Source: Podarcis melisellensis (Eukaryota). Taken from it: DNA of 64,000 nt. Positions within the stretch are counted from its first letter, which is position 1; each line of letters opens with the position of its first letter. The notes beneath the pieces are model-generated. The model was not told the origin of the DNA. It saw nothing but the letters and a program-made list of their open reading frames with translations, and searched no databases. The stretch lies in the NCBI GenBank assembly GCA_964234715.1, contig OZ174290.1. One strand, given 5' to 3'. Shown here one piece after another: positions 12,049 to 26,559 of the stretch. The position numbers and the translations under genes were made by a program.

Positions 12049-14473
12049 TACAAATAATAAATGTATACACTGCAGTAGGTCCTGGGAAAGTCTGTGTGAA
12101 AGCCTTCCATATCCATAGCCCCCTGTCCTGCCTCACCCCAGCATGTGTGCACAATAAAGGGAGCTCAGATGAGTTGGGTTATGCCATGTTATGCATCCTA
12201 ACCTTTTTTTGGAAGAATCCATTGTCCCTTACAGTCCTACGTTATGGCCTGTTAGTAGGAAGGAAGACTGAGTTACTCACAAGCACTATAGAATCCTCCA
12301 GGTCATAAGACAGAACAATTTGTAAAAAAGAAAACATTGGATTTTACTTTAATTATAAAAGAAAAGAAAGAATGATGAAAGTTTGAACAGAAACATCTTC
12401 TCAGAATGGAAGAACAGCGAAGCAATATTCAAGCTGAAAAATGCACATATATATGGCATGATAATCAATGCCTAATATGATAGTCACTGTATTATTTTAC
12501 CACCACAATTGAAAAACACAGCACATAACATACCACTAAAAAGCCTTTTAGATTCCCTGTTATTGTTATTAATCACTCTTTACTCTAAACACTCCCTGGG
12601 GGATGCTACTATGAGTACATGCAACAAGCTCAGATTCCTCTTCCACAATTTCTTGCTTTTCAGTTCCAGCACCAATGAACCAATATTTGCTTCTTCTTTT
12701 GGTTACGGGAGCGGCTCCTTCTCTAGCACACCATCTCCCCTTGCTGCCTGGATCCACAGCTATGCAAATAATTCATCCAGAGATTAATCATAGGTTGACA
12801 CTAGTCAATCTTACTAAATCCAATATTTGCATTCTCTTCAGATGAAGGAAGGCTGAGGGGCAGAGACAGAGACAGACAGACAAAGAGAGAGCACTCAGTG
12901 GGGGTGGGGAATGAGAGACACAAAACTGCTGGCTGCAGTGTGTTCGTTATACTGTGAGAAAACTACATGATGGATAACCAATTTGTCCAGGTGGGTCAAT
13001 ATTGTCCCTGTTCCAGCAACATGAGGGTAGCAGCTGCTTCTAGAGTGTCCTTCCTTTATACATTACAGAAGTGCCACAGAAGCCCTTTTTTTCTGTAGAT
13101 TCTGCACATGGCACTGGTTAAAGATCCATAACTACATAGGCCAACTGCACACGGCTTTGTCAGAAATAAGGTGGTGGTCCAAAGCAGGAAGGCCAAGTTC
13201 CATGGGAGTAAACATGAATACAAGCAGATTCACAAACAAAGGCATTCAGGGAATAAGAGAAAAAGCTCAGGCAGTATCCACCTGCGAGAAACAACTCACT
13301 TGGCCTGAAGAAGCTCTTGAACTAGGGCTTTAATATAAGGACTAATTGGCCCAGGCTGGCTGTTGGGGGTTCAACTGGCTAGGGGGTTCAGGCCAACTGG
13401 TACTGCAGTTGCTAAAAGCACCCAACTAAGTCTACTAGACTGAGAGACTAGTGACACAGGAGTAATAGTGCCAGCATCTGAATGGTCACAGTCTCGAGGA
13501 TACGTTTGTCCAAAGTGGTATCATAGGCAGACCTCCTAGATATTCTGCCCTTGCAGAATATCAGCAACACCAATACCAGAGGACTTACTGTCAGGAACTG
13601 CAGGTGCAGTAGTGTAAAGGGAAAATACACAGGTTCAGACTGGACAGCCAGGGATAAAGATGAGGAAACTTTCCAGGGGAAAATAATCAAGTGTTGGTGA
13701 TGATGATACATCCATCAGTTTAGCTGACTGCCCCTGCTTAACCCAACATTTCCATGAGCAATTCCTAAGCTTGTTTTCGTTGACATGGAAACACATTTCA
13801 GACTCCCTGAACAGTAGCTGCTGAGTACTGAAAATGTACATCTTCGGAAATAAGAAATAAGGGGAAATGCAAGGTGCAACACTGAAATAAAGCGGACACA
13901 TGAGATGGCAGCAAAGCATTTCCCAGCAGGGTTAGAAGATACAACAAGACTAAATCCATTGACTAGTCTCTGTTCTGCAGGGATTTTTAACTATTCATCA
14001 ATCAAATTCTGTGAAATGGAGAGGCGCCGACACAATTCCTTTGTGGAATTCAGAAGCTTTTTTTTTCAACCAGACAATAACTCAGAGAACCCAACCTGAT
14101 TTCAAGAACTCATTCCCAAAAGAACAGTTATTCTGAAGCTCCTGGACCTCATCACACATCCTCAAAGATCTGCTTCTGCCGTTATTTTAGAAAGAAAATC
14201 AATGTGAGAGTTGCTGAGGAGCTGATCTTCTTTTGTGGCAAGCAATGAGACAACAGGATAAACTGTCAATCCTCGCCCACTCTTCCCGCAATTTACTGCC
14301 ACAAACATTTACCCAATGCTTACAGAACTGGTGTCAGGTTTGGAGTTGGCCAACGTTTTGGAAAATGAGACAGAAAATCTAAAAGGTTCCTACCCTTAAC
14401 TGGCATGGGGAACAATCCATTAGGAAGTCCTCCTGGGCAAGTTTCATTTCAACAGACATTTAGGAGGTGCAGC

Positions 14474-14680
14474 ATGTAGCTCAGTGGCAAGGCACACATT
14501 TTGCAAGTGGAAAGGCACAAATTTAATCCCCAACATCTCCAGGTAGGGCTGGAAAAACCATGTCCCATCTGAAACCCTGGAGAACCCACTGCTAGTTCTT
14601 GTAGACAACACTGAGCTAGTTGTGGCTATGGTTTTACATAGATTGTGCATTCTGGAATAAGGCAGTTCCCTACGGTTCTC
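14474..14680 (+). mobile_element. Squam3-like tRNA-derived SINE
   Basis: A-box-like TAGCTCAGTGG, then CATCTCCAGGTAGGGCTGG...GAAACCCTGGAG...GTAGACAACACTGAGCTAG...TAAGGCAG. Confidence 0.75.
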
Positions 14681-14732
14681 CATTCTAGCACAGCTCCTAT
14701 TCATTTAAATGAGGCATGTGCAGGAGAACTAA

Positions 14733-14994
14733 TGGCTCATCCACATCTGCATTTTGTCCCATGCTTTCTAGGTACAGGCCCCAACACTTTCCCTGAGAAA
14801 ACCCACCCTTTAATGTTGTATCAGAACAAATGGCAATTCAGGTTTTCTGCAGACTGCTGTTTGCTCTGATTCAGCGGTAAAGAGCAGGTTATGGCAAGGA
14901 AAGTAACTGGGCAAGGGGGGGGGCTCGGACATGGCACTTTAAAGTACGGAACTGTTTCTAGAAATGTGGCAGGAAATGAAGTCTGGATGAGCTC
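14733..14994. mobile_element. PIF/Harbinger-type palindromic MITE (degraded)
   Basis: Ends GGCTCATCCACA / TGGATGAGC; similar to the copies at 42677, 62576 and 62972. Confidence 0.6.
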
Positions 14995-17799
14995 TCTCAG
15001 TGTGGATGCATTGCATGAAACAGATCTGCCCATCTCTTGCTCTAATGCCCTTAATGGCACCAGCAAATCCACCAACCGAGGAGCAGTATAACCTTGCTCC
15101 ATGTGCAGGCTGTCTCCCAGCACCAAGACATAGCAGCTGATACTTGTGCCTTGTGGGCATATCATCATTATTGTTAAATTCATCATCCACCTTTCCAGAT
15201 CAAACTTTGGCTCCAGGAAAACATGGCAAGGGATAAAACACAAAGAGCAACCCACAAAACCCTAAGGGGTTCAGTTTCAATTCACACAGCAAAGGAAAGA
15301 GATGGCATAAACAGCAAATGTTTCACTTGCCTCCTAAATACCTGTGAGGATAACCTTGGACAGATATTCCTCAAGGGCAGGTGAGTGAATCACAATGTGA
15401 CATAGTGCCACTGAGTACCACTGCTTATTTTCAGATTCAGCATGGCCATTTTCCTACAGAGGATCCATCTGTTGCATGCAATCATTTGCTGTGTTCTCCC
15501 AGCTAATAGGAGTTGGACAAGACTTCCCTGGATTGTGTTCTGGTAAAAGATGCCATGCACATACGGTGTGTACGGGAGTGTACAGAACAAGCCTGTGATG
15601 GAGCATTTTAAAGTGTTACAGAAGCGACAGCACAAGTCCCATCAGATGGAATTGCAATCTGTTTGGCAGGGCACTTTGAGAATATAATACGATAACTGCA
15701 ACAATTAGCTATCTTGGGGTTTTTTTGCATAGGGAATGAAAATGGGCAGCAAAACACTCATAACATATAATCATATATGCTAACGCTCATATTTGTGAGT
15801 GATGTGGGCTTATTAACTGCATGCTGTGCTTTGATCTCCATTCTGCAATCTTGGGCATCTAATCTGTTCATCACTGTTGCTCAATTTAGCTACAAAGAAA
15901 CAAGTATCAACCTTCTACTGTTCAATGGCGCAGAGATGGAAATAATCCAGAGCAAGGATTTACAATTCTGACTTCTCAAGGATAGCACTGTCACTACAAA
16001 GGGGGGGGGGCAGGGAGAGAAGGGGATTATGTTCACTTCGGTGCTAACTTTCAGCAAAAAAAGGCCTCTATGGTGGCTCATAAAGGTTAGTACATAACCA
16101 TATGTATTTTTTTTTTAAAGGCAATTTAGAAAAGTTGTATGAATGGTGCCCATATGTCTTGAACTGAGATTCTTAACACCTTTAGCCACTGCACTGTCCA
16201 GAAGAGGGAGTTGTTCTCCTGGCATGTTATGTAGTTGTGTGTTGTCAGTGCAGCAGGCAGGAAAAAGGTGCTGCCGCTCCTTACTCATCAGCTGTTAGGT
16301 GATACAAATGGCCAATGGGATTTTACCTGCCCTATAAAGCCTCAAACAGACTCTGGCTTGACTTTCTACTGTAGGCTCAGAGACTTGTCTCTAGGGAGCA
16401 GATGAAGCTTCTGGTAGCTTGAACATCCTTGTCATGCTTCATCTAATCTGATTAGCCTTCTCCTTGCCCAATTTCATTTTGGCAGCATCTCCAGATCACA
16501 AGCCCTGACCCTGTGCAATATTGGGAAGAAGTGCCAGAGTGAATCCTGGACATAATGGATGCAGAATAAACTTTTTTCTAATCTCTTTCTCTCACTCTCA
16601 ATGCAAGTATATTCTTCAAGCGTAGCTGGAAGAAATTCCTCTCTCCTCCTACTTTTTATTCCAAAAGCAACTTTTGAGACTATGTAGGGCTGCCTGAGAA
16701 TCAAGCTCTTCACCATGTTTAATTTAGCTAATGATGGTTCAGTCCTCAGCTTCCTTAGCCAAGGAAATAAGCTGAAAGTCTATTTCATTTCCTAAATGGG
16801 TAGAATTCTACATACAGATGTAACACAACCATCTTACAAGTATCAGCTAGACAGAGGTGACTCCTGGCAGCCTGCTGGGAGATGCACTGGGCAGAATATC
16901 ATTTCCAGATGATTGATTGAGAAATTTCAAGGAGAACTCTCTGGACCCTTTGTTGGCTTCCAGGGTTCACTGTGATTACTGCTAGCGGATCGTTTTTCTC
17001 CCAGCGCTCTCTGCCCCTTATATCTCAAGATGCATATAAACAGACAGAGAGAGAGGAGTCTCGGGCCCCAATTTTATGCTTTCCCTTCTGAGGTAGAAAG
17101 GAGAAAATGGTTAAGCACAAAGCCCTCAAGTCAGGCAAACAAGTTGTGGTGCTGATTTATGAGCTCTGAAAAGTGCTGAAGAAAGCCGCATTGAAGTCAC
17201 ACTGTACAAGGCTTTGCACTGCTTGGATGTAGATAGAAGTTGGGGGTGAGGGCATGGTAGGTCAGTTCCAAGTGCCACCCTCTGCACCTCAGCAAAGATG
17301 TACAATGACAATGTTGCAAGCACAAAACCAAAAAACATGAAGCACCAATTATCAGCTCACCATATGTGCCAAACAGATGACAGGTTGCTGGCCTAGCAAT
17401 AGGATGTTGTAGCAGATCTATGAATGCATCAATAGGATTAGGCAGTGGGCAACTATCCTAAATGACCAGCCAGGTGTCACATGACCCATCAAAGATATCA
17501 GGGGGAAATCTGTGTCTCCTTCTACCATATCTACCTGCAAAGAAACATTTCTCACCAGCAAACTCAGCAATGCCTTTTGCTCATTCCATCTTCCACTTTG
17601 ACTGCATGAAGTGGGAGAGCAGGGTGGCACCCTGAACCTTGACCTCTGCACATATACTGTCTCCACCAACCAAAGGTCTGAAAGGGGCTTCTATGTACAG
17701 TACAGAGCAGTCTCTTTCAGATGCCTTGCTGAACACACTGAGGCTGAGGGACTGGAGGCAGAGTGTGCAATCTCATGCTTTCACTGAATGTGTGAAGGG

Positions 17800-17957
17800 C
17801 ACTGGTGGAGGAAGGGGATGCGGTAGGTGCGGCCCGCCCCTGGTGTCACCCGTGAGGGGGGGTGACATTGCCACACCGTCCCCCTGGGACGCTCACTGCT
17901 CCCAGATGCACAGCATGTGCGTCGTTCCAGGTGCCAGAGCAGCTAGCACCACCTCTG
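17800..17957. mobile_element. Short hAT-type MITE
   Basis: Perfect 8-bp TSD GTGAAGGG (17792-17799, 17958-17965); decayed TIRs CACTGGTGG / CCACCTCTG; GC-rich interior. Confidence 0.75.
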
Positions 17958-19011
17958 GTGAAGGGAAAGTGAAAAAGACTAACGTTATCAATTTTACCAG
18001 GAGACAATCGAATGCAACAGGAATTCAAAAAATATTGGGGTAAAAAAAGGAAACTCCAGCAGCACCAAAAAAATTCCAACTATCCATTACATCTCTGCCA
18101 CTGGAAGCAGTCAAAAATGAAGAAATGTGAAGACTGCACCACAAAAGTGTAGACAACATGAGGTGGGGAGGCATGATGGGATCTCAACATGCTACTCCCC
18201 TACATCCTGAGTTGGGGAAGTGCTTAGGGTGAGAGTGAAAGTGGAGAAGGCGGCTATGTGTGAGAGAGAATGGGAGGAGAAGGCTCTGTGTGTCAGAGGA
18301 GAGAGGGCAGGAAGAGAATGAGCATGGGTTCTCCCCATTGTCAGCATTTGGTCCATAAGGGCAAAAACGTTGCCCACCACAGATAGCTTAAGGAGAGCAG
18401 AGAGGCATAAAGCAATCTAGGAGAATTTCCTCAGCAAATTATCCATCTGCTTCCTTTGTGCCTCTGCATTAATGAAGCACCACTTCCTTTTCACATACAA
18501 TTCCTCATTGCATGGGAGAATAGGAAAATGTTTCTGGACAATCTCAGACAATCTTGTCTATGGCTTGGAGGCCTCAGTTCCTTATTGTACCCTCTGGTTA
18601 AATGAGACCTTTACATGTGAATAGTTACTGTCTTTGAAGATAGATTTATTACACATTAAACAGTTTCAAGAGCTGCTATGCAGGCTGCATTTGCAAGTTG
18701 CTGTCAATCTAGATGGCAATACTGGCAATCAAGGAGGCTCATCTCCCTTGGTGGAACACACAGGCAAATCAGAGATCCCAATAGACCCACTTGCCCAACA
18801 GCTTATTCCCTGTATACCCTACTTCATTTGAATTTAGAAGGCTACCACCACTGCTGATGAATTACAGAGAAGATCCTCGTGTCCCAACACATCCTCTTCA
18901 TTAACACAACTTGACAAACCACAATGCATCAGAGCACTGTCTGCCACGCATAGTCAGCTCCCAGCTTATCACAAAGGGAACAATAGTGGGGGTAGAAACC
19001 CAGGTTGCTTA

Positions 19012-19200
19012 AGGCTCATGCACATTTCTACTTGTCCTGTGCCTAGAAAGCACAGGTCTAGGCAGTTTTTCACTTGCGTGGCTCCTTTCCCAAAGAAAGC
19101 TTGTTCTTTAGCTCTAAATCGGAGCAAACGTCAACCCAAATTGCTGTTTGCTCTGATTGAGCAATAAAGAGAGGTTTTCCCCAAAGGAGAGCTGGACAAG
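19012..19200. mobile_element. Partial PIF/Harbinger-type MITE
   Basis: GGCTCATGCACATTTCTACTTGTCCTGTGCCTAGAAAGCAC...TAAATCGGAGCAAAC, same family as 62972-63220. Confidence 0.5.
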
Positions 19201-21154
19201 GCCTTTTTGAGATAGATGTTTCTCATATTAACAGGGGGGGTCATTATACTTGAAGCCATCTTTACTATACTCTTTAAAACATTCCTTATTATGGCACTAA
19301 GGGAGAAAAAGAAAGGCCTCAGATTTTGTTCTTGCAGATTAAAATGGTGTCCTGGTCAATTTATCAAGCGAAGCTATATAGTTGACTAATCAGCTGATTA
19401 AATCAGCAAGTCAAGTGCAGCTCTCATTATTGTGTTGCAAAACTAAATTATTTAAAACATTTCTGGGAAAGGGTCTTACCTTTAAGATGCAAAGTAAAGA
19501 AGTATAACCATCAAGAGATAAGGGGAGAGCCAATTATGGAAGGCAGCCACATTTTGGAAATAGGTAACCAGATGAGTCGTAGCAGGAGGAAAGGCATGAA
19601 AAAAAAAATACAGGTTCCATTAGTCCCTAATGATTTGAGGATGCTGATTGATATAGCACCATTAACACTAAATTGCCAGCTGTGAATTAAGCAGAGACTA
19701 TCAGCATAGTTGAACCAAGCCAGAGATGCTTAACATAATGATTCGAGACAAGAAGGTCAGCAGCTTCTTCAATTTCCCAGCCACCACACTGCAGATTTTT
19801 GCAGGTGTTACTGCACGAAAACACCACCATTTTGCGGTACATTTCACTTCCCTGTATTCCTTTTCCAAATTATATCCTGCTGGCTTTCGAGTTTGCAAGG
19901 AGAGGGCAAAGCATGAGAGGGGGTACTGGACGTCAAGGCGTGAAAGGCTTCAGTCTGGTCCCAGAAGTTGTCAGAGCGTGTTGCTGACTAGGAGCTCTCT
20001 GAGCCCCACGGGTTCCATCTCAGGAGCAGATCAGGGCAATATGCTGTCAATCACCCACCATGCCACTATGACAGTTGAGGGTAAGTTACCATCTGGAAGC
20101 TGAGTTACCCAAGGCAGATGTGCTAAGAAAGAAATCCGAGCAGAAGCAAAGAAAGGGAGGAATGGAACAAAAGGCTATGTTAAAGCATAACCTATAACTC
20201 TTGCAAGTTTCCACTTCTCCCACTTTGTAAAAGCGAAAACAAAGGCAAGAGCCCAGCCAGAGTATCTAGTGCAGTACCTTCTCCTTCTCTGCGCTTCCAC
20301 TGCCGCCCAGTTAACAGACCAAACTCAAAACAGAAATGCTGGCAAACATCACATCACTTCAAATATGCACAGGTGTATCTATGCAACACCTGTGAAAACA
20401 CGTTGATCATAAGAGTCACCTAAGTTCGGCAGACAGGTCCTTACATACCACAAACACCTGTGGTGTTGTGCTGCCCCAATTGTGATTCAAAGGTCACAGT
20501 GTTCATGCCAAATAAAGTTTTAACTCCATAGCAGCAGCAACACCATAGCAATCAGTGCACACAATGGCAAGATAACTCATTACTACTGATTACTTTTTTA
20601 AAAAAAAAGTCAAGAAACAAACATTCAAACAGCCCCTTCTGCCTTGCAGTGGTGCATTTTGATTCATAGCCATGCCCTGCAGAACAACAACAAAAAACAA
20701 ATCAATTCTCTATTTCGTATGTGTGCAATTAACATAAAGCATTTTTATGACTGAAGGAGTTGCCTTTCTGAGTGGCAGAAATGAGAACAATTCCCAAAAT
20801 ATATATGGGAAAGAAAAAAGTTTTCAAGCTGAAGTTGCTTTTAGTTTTAAAGCGAATTATTTGTTTTTCTTTTAGCATACAGTGAAGGCTGTGTCAACCC
20901 CAGTCCCAACCTGGGAAGCTTCCTAATGGGGCTTAATTTGCAAGCAGGTTATTGAGGTATCACAAACATGGCAGTAGTTTTTATATGTAGCAGATTTTAC
21001 TGAGAAAGGAAAACCCAGATTGAAAGGAGCGAAGGACATTGTGCTAATGCTGCAAAAAAAAAAAAGCTGCCTATGTGAGGAATCCCAATTCCAAAATAAG
21101 CATCTGTCTGGAAGCATCCTGAAATTATTTATTATTTATAAATGATAAAATTAT

Positions 21155-21265
21155 TATTATTATGTTTGAAGTTTTATTCTGTTTTAGTGTTCTGTTGGGA
21201 GCCACCCAGAGTGGCTGGGGAAACCCAGTCAGATGGGCGGGGTATAAATTATAAACTTATTATTT
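21155..21265 (+). mobile_element. LINE (L2-type) 3' end fragment
   Basis: CCCAGAGTGGCTGGGGAAACCCAGTCAGATGGGCGGGGTATAAAT + (TTA)-type tail; same motif at ~2355-2400, 30236-30299 and ~50340-50420. Confidence 0.7.
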
Positions 21266-21824
21266 GCTCAGAATGCATGTTACACTACTCGCAAGACTGT
21301 AAAAAATTAAGGCTGATCTGAAGTCCACCACATGCACATACATATTTGCAAGTAGTGAAACTGGGAAGGGCCATTTCGGGGGGGGGGGGGGTAGTAAAAA
21401 GAATACCAATCTTCTTAGCAGCCATCAACTGGCAGCTTCCCCCCATACACATATAGAAACCCACTTGGAACACCATCACACAGTGTTGTTCCATGGTGGA
21501 TTCAAGGGAGGAGCACTTAAGCAACAAAACAGATGGCGGTAGTGAAAAAAAGAAGTGTGGGGGAAGGGACATCCCACATGTACATTCCTATGGCGGATAT
21601 CTTGCGGTGCTACCTTCCCTGGAGAGATTTGCAAAATCTGCCTCTCTTCTGAATTTCTGCAGTACTTTCTCATTTGAAAGACATTTTAATGGCCTTTTCT
21701 TGTTTTAGCAACTTTTCATTTTACAAATAAGTTTGAAAAACTTTCCCCTGCAAGACTGTCAGCTAGAATCAGAACTACGCTGATTTTTAAACAGCGAAAG
21801 TCAAGAGAAGCCGATTTACTAATT

Positions 21825-22463
21825 CAGAGGTTTTCAACCTTTTTGAGTCCACGGCTCCCTTGACCAACTGAGTTCTTTCTGCAGCACCCCTCTGGGGCTC
21901 AGGAGCCCAGTTATGTCACCCCTTTCTTGCAGAGCTGGCAGCCTCTCACCCTTTTTCGAACACCCTCCTCTCTCCTTGGGAGTCCTCCGAGCAGCTGCTG
22001 TTGCCACCCCTGGTCTCTGAGCTGCCCCCCCCCGCCCAAAGAGAGGTGCCTCCTCACACTGAAAACTGAAACACTTCAAATACTGACAAAGAAATCCCCT
22101 CCCTGACTCCCTCCTCTCATGCACTCCATCGGCCACCTTGCTGACCCAACTGAACTTCTCTCCCCATCAGTCATGTAGACACAGTGGCATGTTAGCAGAA
22201 AGGAGAGAACACCCTGATAAGGGGCGAGGCGAAGGCAGCGCCAACCAGGGCCATGGCAGTAAATCACAGTCTTCGGTTTCTTCTGAAAGGAGAGCCTGCC
22301 AAAGCAGGGCAGGCCTCAAAGGGTTTTTTGTTGTTGTTGCCGGGGTGGGGGTGGGGAGACAAGCCAGCACATAAATAAGTTGGAAAGGAACCGTGAAAGG
22401 ACACTGGAGACTGTAAAAATCCCTGGCGCATTCACGCCACTTGGGTAAGCAGGGAAGCCGCTG
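21825..22463. mobile_element. Probable hAT (Charlie-like) non-autonomous element
   Basis: Left end CAGAGGTTTTCAACCTTTTTGAGTCCACGGC is typical of hAT-Charlie ends; GC-rich body; right end and TSD uncertain. Confidence 0.45.
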
Positions 22464-22504
22464 ATCATTGCAAGGAGCTATTCTCAAAACAAGAACGGCA
22501 CGGA

Positions 22505-22600
22505 GTGAAATTAACGGATGGAATTCACTGCCGCAAATGTGCTGATGGGTGAAGGCTTAGATGGCTTTAAAAGAGGATCAGACAAATTCACAGCGCATGG
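22505..22600 (+). mobile_element. CR1 LINE ORF2 C-terminal fragment
   Basis: Encodes (with a frameshift) WNSLPQ and LDGFKRGSDKF, the CR1 ORF2 C-terminal signature. Confidence 0.7.
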
Positions 22601-25400
22601 GTACATTAATGCCGTTTGGCCGGGACAAGCGGGGCTGGAAACAAGATGCTGGCCATGTTTGGAGGGTGCTCCCTGCTCAGAAGATCAGCCACTCTACTAC
22701 AGTCCCCCCCCCTTCTCCCTCCAGTCTTCAGTTTCTCCTCCCACCCAGAGAAGGTCACCTTTTAATGTTCACTGTGTACACTCAGTCCTTGGTGGGCTGT
22801 TTTGTGTGGTTCCCCCTTTGAAGATTCCCCCCCCCAAAAAAAAAACACCTTGTACTTCTGCACAGCAGCCTGCCAAAGCCACCCTCTTGTCCGTGGGCAA
22901 TGGCATTTTGACTACACAAGCAACAGAATCCACAGCTTGAGTCAGAAACAGAGGAACTAACAGCTGGATGGGAAGTCAATTTTCAGAGGTATTTTGACCA
23001 GATGCTGAGGATAAACAACCTGAGAGGAACATTCCCAAAATTTCCTGCCTGGCAGCTTTGAGAAACAGGATTCTGGTCTTGTTAGTCTAAGCCAGCAGGT
23101 TCTCCTAATGTTCTTGAGGCTGGTTTAGGTACATTGTTTAGGATGCTACAGCACAGCACAATAATGGAGAATTCTACATGACTAACATCCCTTTTTTAAA
23201 GTTTAAAGTTTATTGAAACGTTGTTGTTGTTGTTGTTAATGTTACAATACCAAGTAAATAAGCTTACAGAAGTCAATATCCTCCCTCCCTCCCTTCCTGT
23301 GCATTCCTCCCCTCTGAAAATGCACACACGCACCCCAGAAGCTAAGGCAGTCTCACTGCCCTCTGAACCCCATAAAAGAGGCAGATTCTGTACCACATAC
23401 AAAGCAGCCCCAGCAACAGAGTCTCACCCTTCCTTAAAGAAAAGAAGGGGAAACCTGGCCTCCCAATGGTGGGGGAATACAACTTCCAGCACCTATGACT
23501 GTGGGCTGTGAGATAAGAGCCCCAATACATCTAGGGTCACAGGCTACAACTGCATCAGAACAAGCCCACCATGAAAAGGTCCCCAAGTTAGTCTTTGTCA
23601 CCAACTTCATAAAAAACAGACAACCCTGCTTTTTCACAGCAGTTACATGCTGGGATCTCTATCACTGTTAATAATCTTATGCTACTTATGTTGCAGTTTT
23701 ATAAACACTGTCACAGATAGAATCTTCCAAAGGAACGTTGCGTAAGATGGGCAGACCTCTGTGGTCTGCACCAAAAATAATTTGGGTTGTCGACAGCTTT
23801 TTTGTATAACCCTTAGATGTTCAGCAGCAACATAATCCAAATCCCAAATTGGACTCAATACAGATTGGGGGGCCTCCTCCCTCAAGAGTCCTCCACACCC
23901 TTCACACCCCCTTTACACTTTCCCAAGCTTACCTAGATATGGCAGCACAGGATATTCATGGCAGTGCTTCCATTGGCTCCTAGACACTACTATAAGAACA
24001 CACCGCAATGTTGAAGTGGGGCACTGGGAGACAAGGGTAATACATTTCCCATTGTTCCCGGAGACCTAGATGTTGGTACACACACTCACAACAGCATCAG
24101 GGGCCTAACTGTGGCCCCGATACACCTGCTATGAACCTTTCCTTCCTCCATCACACCCAATTAAATTTGGGGAAGATTACATAGTGGCAGGGAGTCAGGC
24201 AAAAATAAAACCCAGAATCTGATTCTAGAGAAAGTCCAACAGGCAGAACCCTCTCTCATTTCTGGGCTTCATTCCTTCACAAATTTTGCTTTGATCCAGC
24301 TGTGAAAACTCTATAGTATACCAATGAGACAGTAGAGGATCCTTGCACCAGACGATAGTAAACCAATAAAATGTTTCTCCTGCCAGACCACATTGCCTTA
24401 CATTATTGGCCCAGAATGCATAGCTGCTCCTCTGGAGAAGATGTATTGCTCCCCATCCCATTATTATGGGTCAGTAATAGCATAAGTAATAATCTATGCA
24501 CTGCAAAGTCACTGTGAATGTTAACTCTAACTTACTGCCAATAACCAACATCATATATCTTCAATTCCCGGGCACTCAGTTTCATAAAGTAATAGTCCGT
24601 ATGCAATCTATAATGTTAATGGGTCAGAGAAAGAGGTTCAACATTATTTTGATAGAATAATTATGGGTTGGATTTTTTAAAAAATTAAAGAAATTGATGA
24701 TTAAGTGACCTACAAGGACTGATAAAAAACCAGATTCCAATTCAGTCAATGAAAAATGTCTCTAGTCTTGCGGGACTCTTAAGAACTCTAACATCTTCTT
24801 AGTCTTATATTTTCTCACATCAAGTGTAAGAGTGATATCAGGCAAATGTCCATGATTTGGTAATTGAATTGTTATACTTATTATTCACTTAATTGAGTTA
24901 GAAGTTTTCTTTACCATAAACAGATTATGGCAATATGATACACAATTATAAAAACAAATAAAACCTATTAGAAAAAAATTAGAAAGGTTTTTTTTTAATT
25001 CCCCACACCTCTGAGGGTGGTGAAATTAGCAAGAGGGTCTCCTCTGCTGATCTTAACACTCATGAACGTCTATAGGAAAGGAAGCGGTCTCACATATTTG
25101 GGACCTAAGTTGTTTAAATGATGTAAAAATAAAATGTGGCAATCAGTGCAGCTATTAAAGAACAGGGTTTGTTTCAGTTGCAAATGGCACTTCAGCTAGG
25201 AATCAGGCCTCATTATTTTGAACCAGTTGAAGTTTCTGAGCTGTCTTCAAGGGCAGCCCCACGTTTTATACGTTGTGAGCAACTCTGGACACAATTTTTT
25301 AGAAAAGTGGCAAGTGCTGATGATTTCAGTGCGCTTAAAGACTACAAGGCTGCATCAAAGAAGAAAAATGCATGCAACAAACGTGATGCATTGACTTATT

Positions 25401-25543
25401 AGAATTACAGAATTGTAGAGTTGGAAAGCTCCACAAGGGTCATTTAGTCCAACCCCCTGCAATGCAGGAATATTCTTGTCCAACATGGGGCTCAAACCCA
25501 CAACCCTGCGATTAAGAGTCTCGTGCTCTACTGGCTAAGTTAT
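25401..25543 (-). mobile_element. Squam2-like SINE (tRNA-Lys-derived head + CR1-type tail)
   Basis: Reverse complement reads AGTAGAGCACGAGACTCTTAATCGCAGGGTTGTGGGTTTGAGCCCCATGTTGG (tRNA-Lys-CTT-like), then TTCCTGCATTGCAGGGGGTTGGACTA...TTCCAACTCTACAATTCTGTAATTCT. Confidence 0.8.
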
Positions 25544-26559
25544 TACAAATAGATGTGTGTAACGTGCCAGTAAATTCACATTCCATAGCCCAAATGCACA
25601 GTGTTTTCACACTTCCGAGGATCCTCAAGAATAGTACAATACAACATGCCCATCAGTGTTGAGCTCTCTTGATTCACTCTGATCTAAAGAGCCTCACTCA
25701 CAAGTAACAAGTCCTAAGATTAGCTGTTAGACCTGCTTAATTTACAGGTAATGCCCCATATTCCCACCAGTTCACCTCAGTCCTGAATCAATACATCTCC
25801 TTCATCCATTTCACCAAAATATCTTAGATATGGATGCAAAATGTTGATGTACTTTTGAGATCTTAATGCCCTTACTGGAGCACCGAATGGTATCAAAGCA
25901 GAATTAGCCTAATTCTTCAACTAGGCAAGAAAGGGCATTTAAATCCTTTTTTTAGAAAGAAGAAAACTATTAATTACAATAGCAAATTGATATTATTACA
26001 GTATTGCAATAATAACACAAGGGGCTGCAGTGGAGACAGGTGGAAGAAATTCTTCTCGCTATCACTACGTGAGCTGTTTATCCAAAATTCAAAGCTTAAG
26101 AATCAAGTACCAAAGGAAAGGAAAAGAGGGAGACAGGGGAAGAAAATGTTTAAGCTTTTCTGTATCTCAATAGCTACCAAGGAAAAGCCCACTTACAGAT
26201 TATTAAAATTAAGAGGGAACTGCTCTTTCAGCAGAGAGGCTACAAAATGAAGAGTGGTTTGAGGAAATTGCTTGGCACAGAATTTTAAACAGACATTGAA
26301 AAGGTCCCAGAATCTCAAGACTACACCATTTTTATGGTAAAAGCATGGGAAGATGAGAATTGGAAAACATTTTTTCTCCTAACGGGCAACAACCGGCTCT
26401 GTTTAGAAGCAGTCTGCTGCTGCTTCTATCCCGAGTATCAGAAAGCAAAGACTTCAGTGAGGGCCAACAGCTCACTGGATAAAGCATATGCTCTGAATGC
26501 AGAAATTAAATCCCCAGCCTCTCCTTCCAGCTGAAGAGATCTCAAGTACTATCCTGACT

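Noticed and set aside
13158-13810. Possible LTR-like segments beginning TGTCAG (also ~35690-36030)
   Set aside because: No TG...CA boundary pair or TSD could be established.
25480-25543. tRNA-Lys-like sequence as a tRNA gene
   Set aside because: Degenerate stems and a direct fusion to a CR1-type tail show it is a SINE head.
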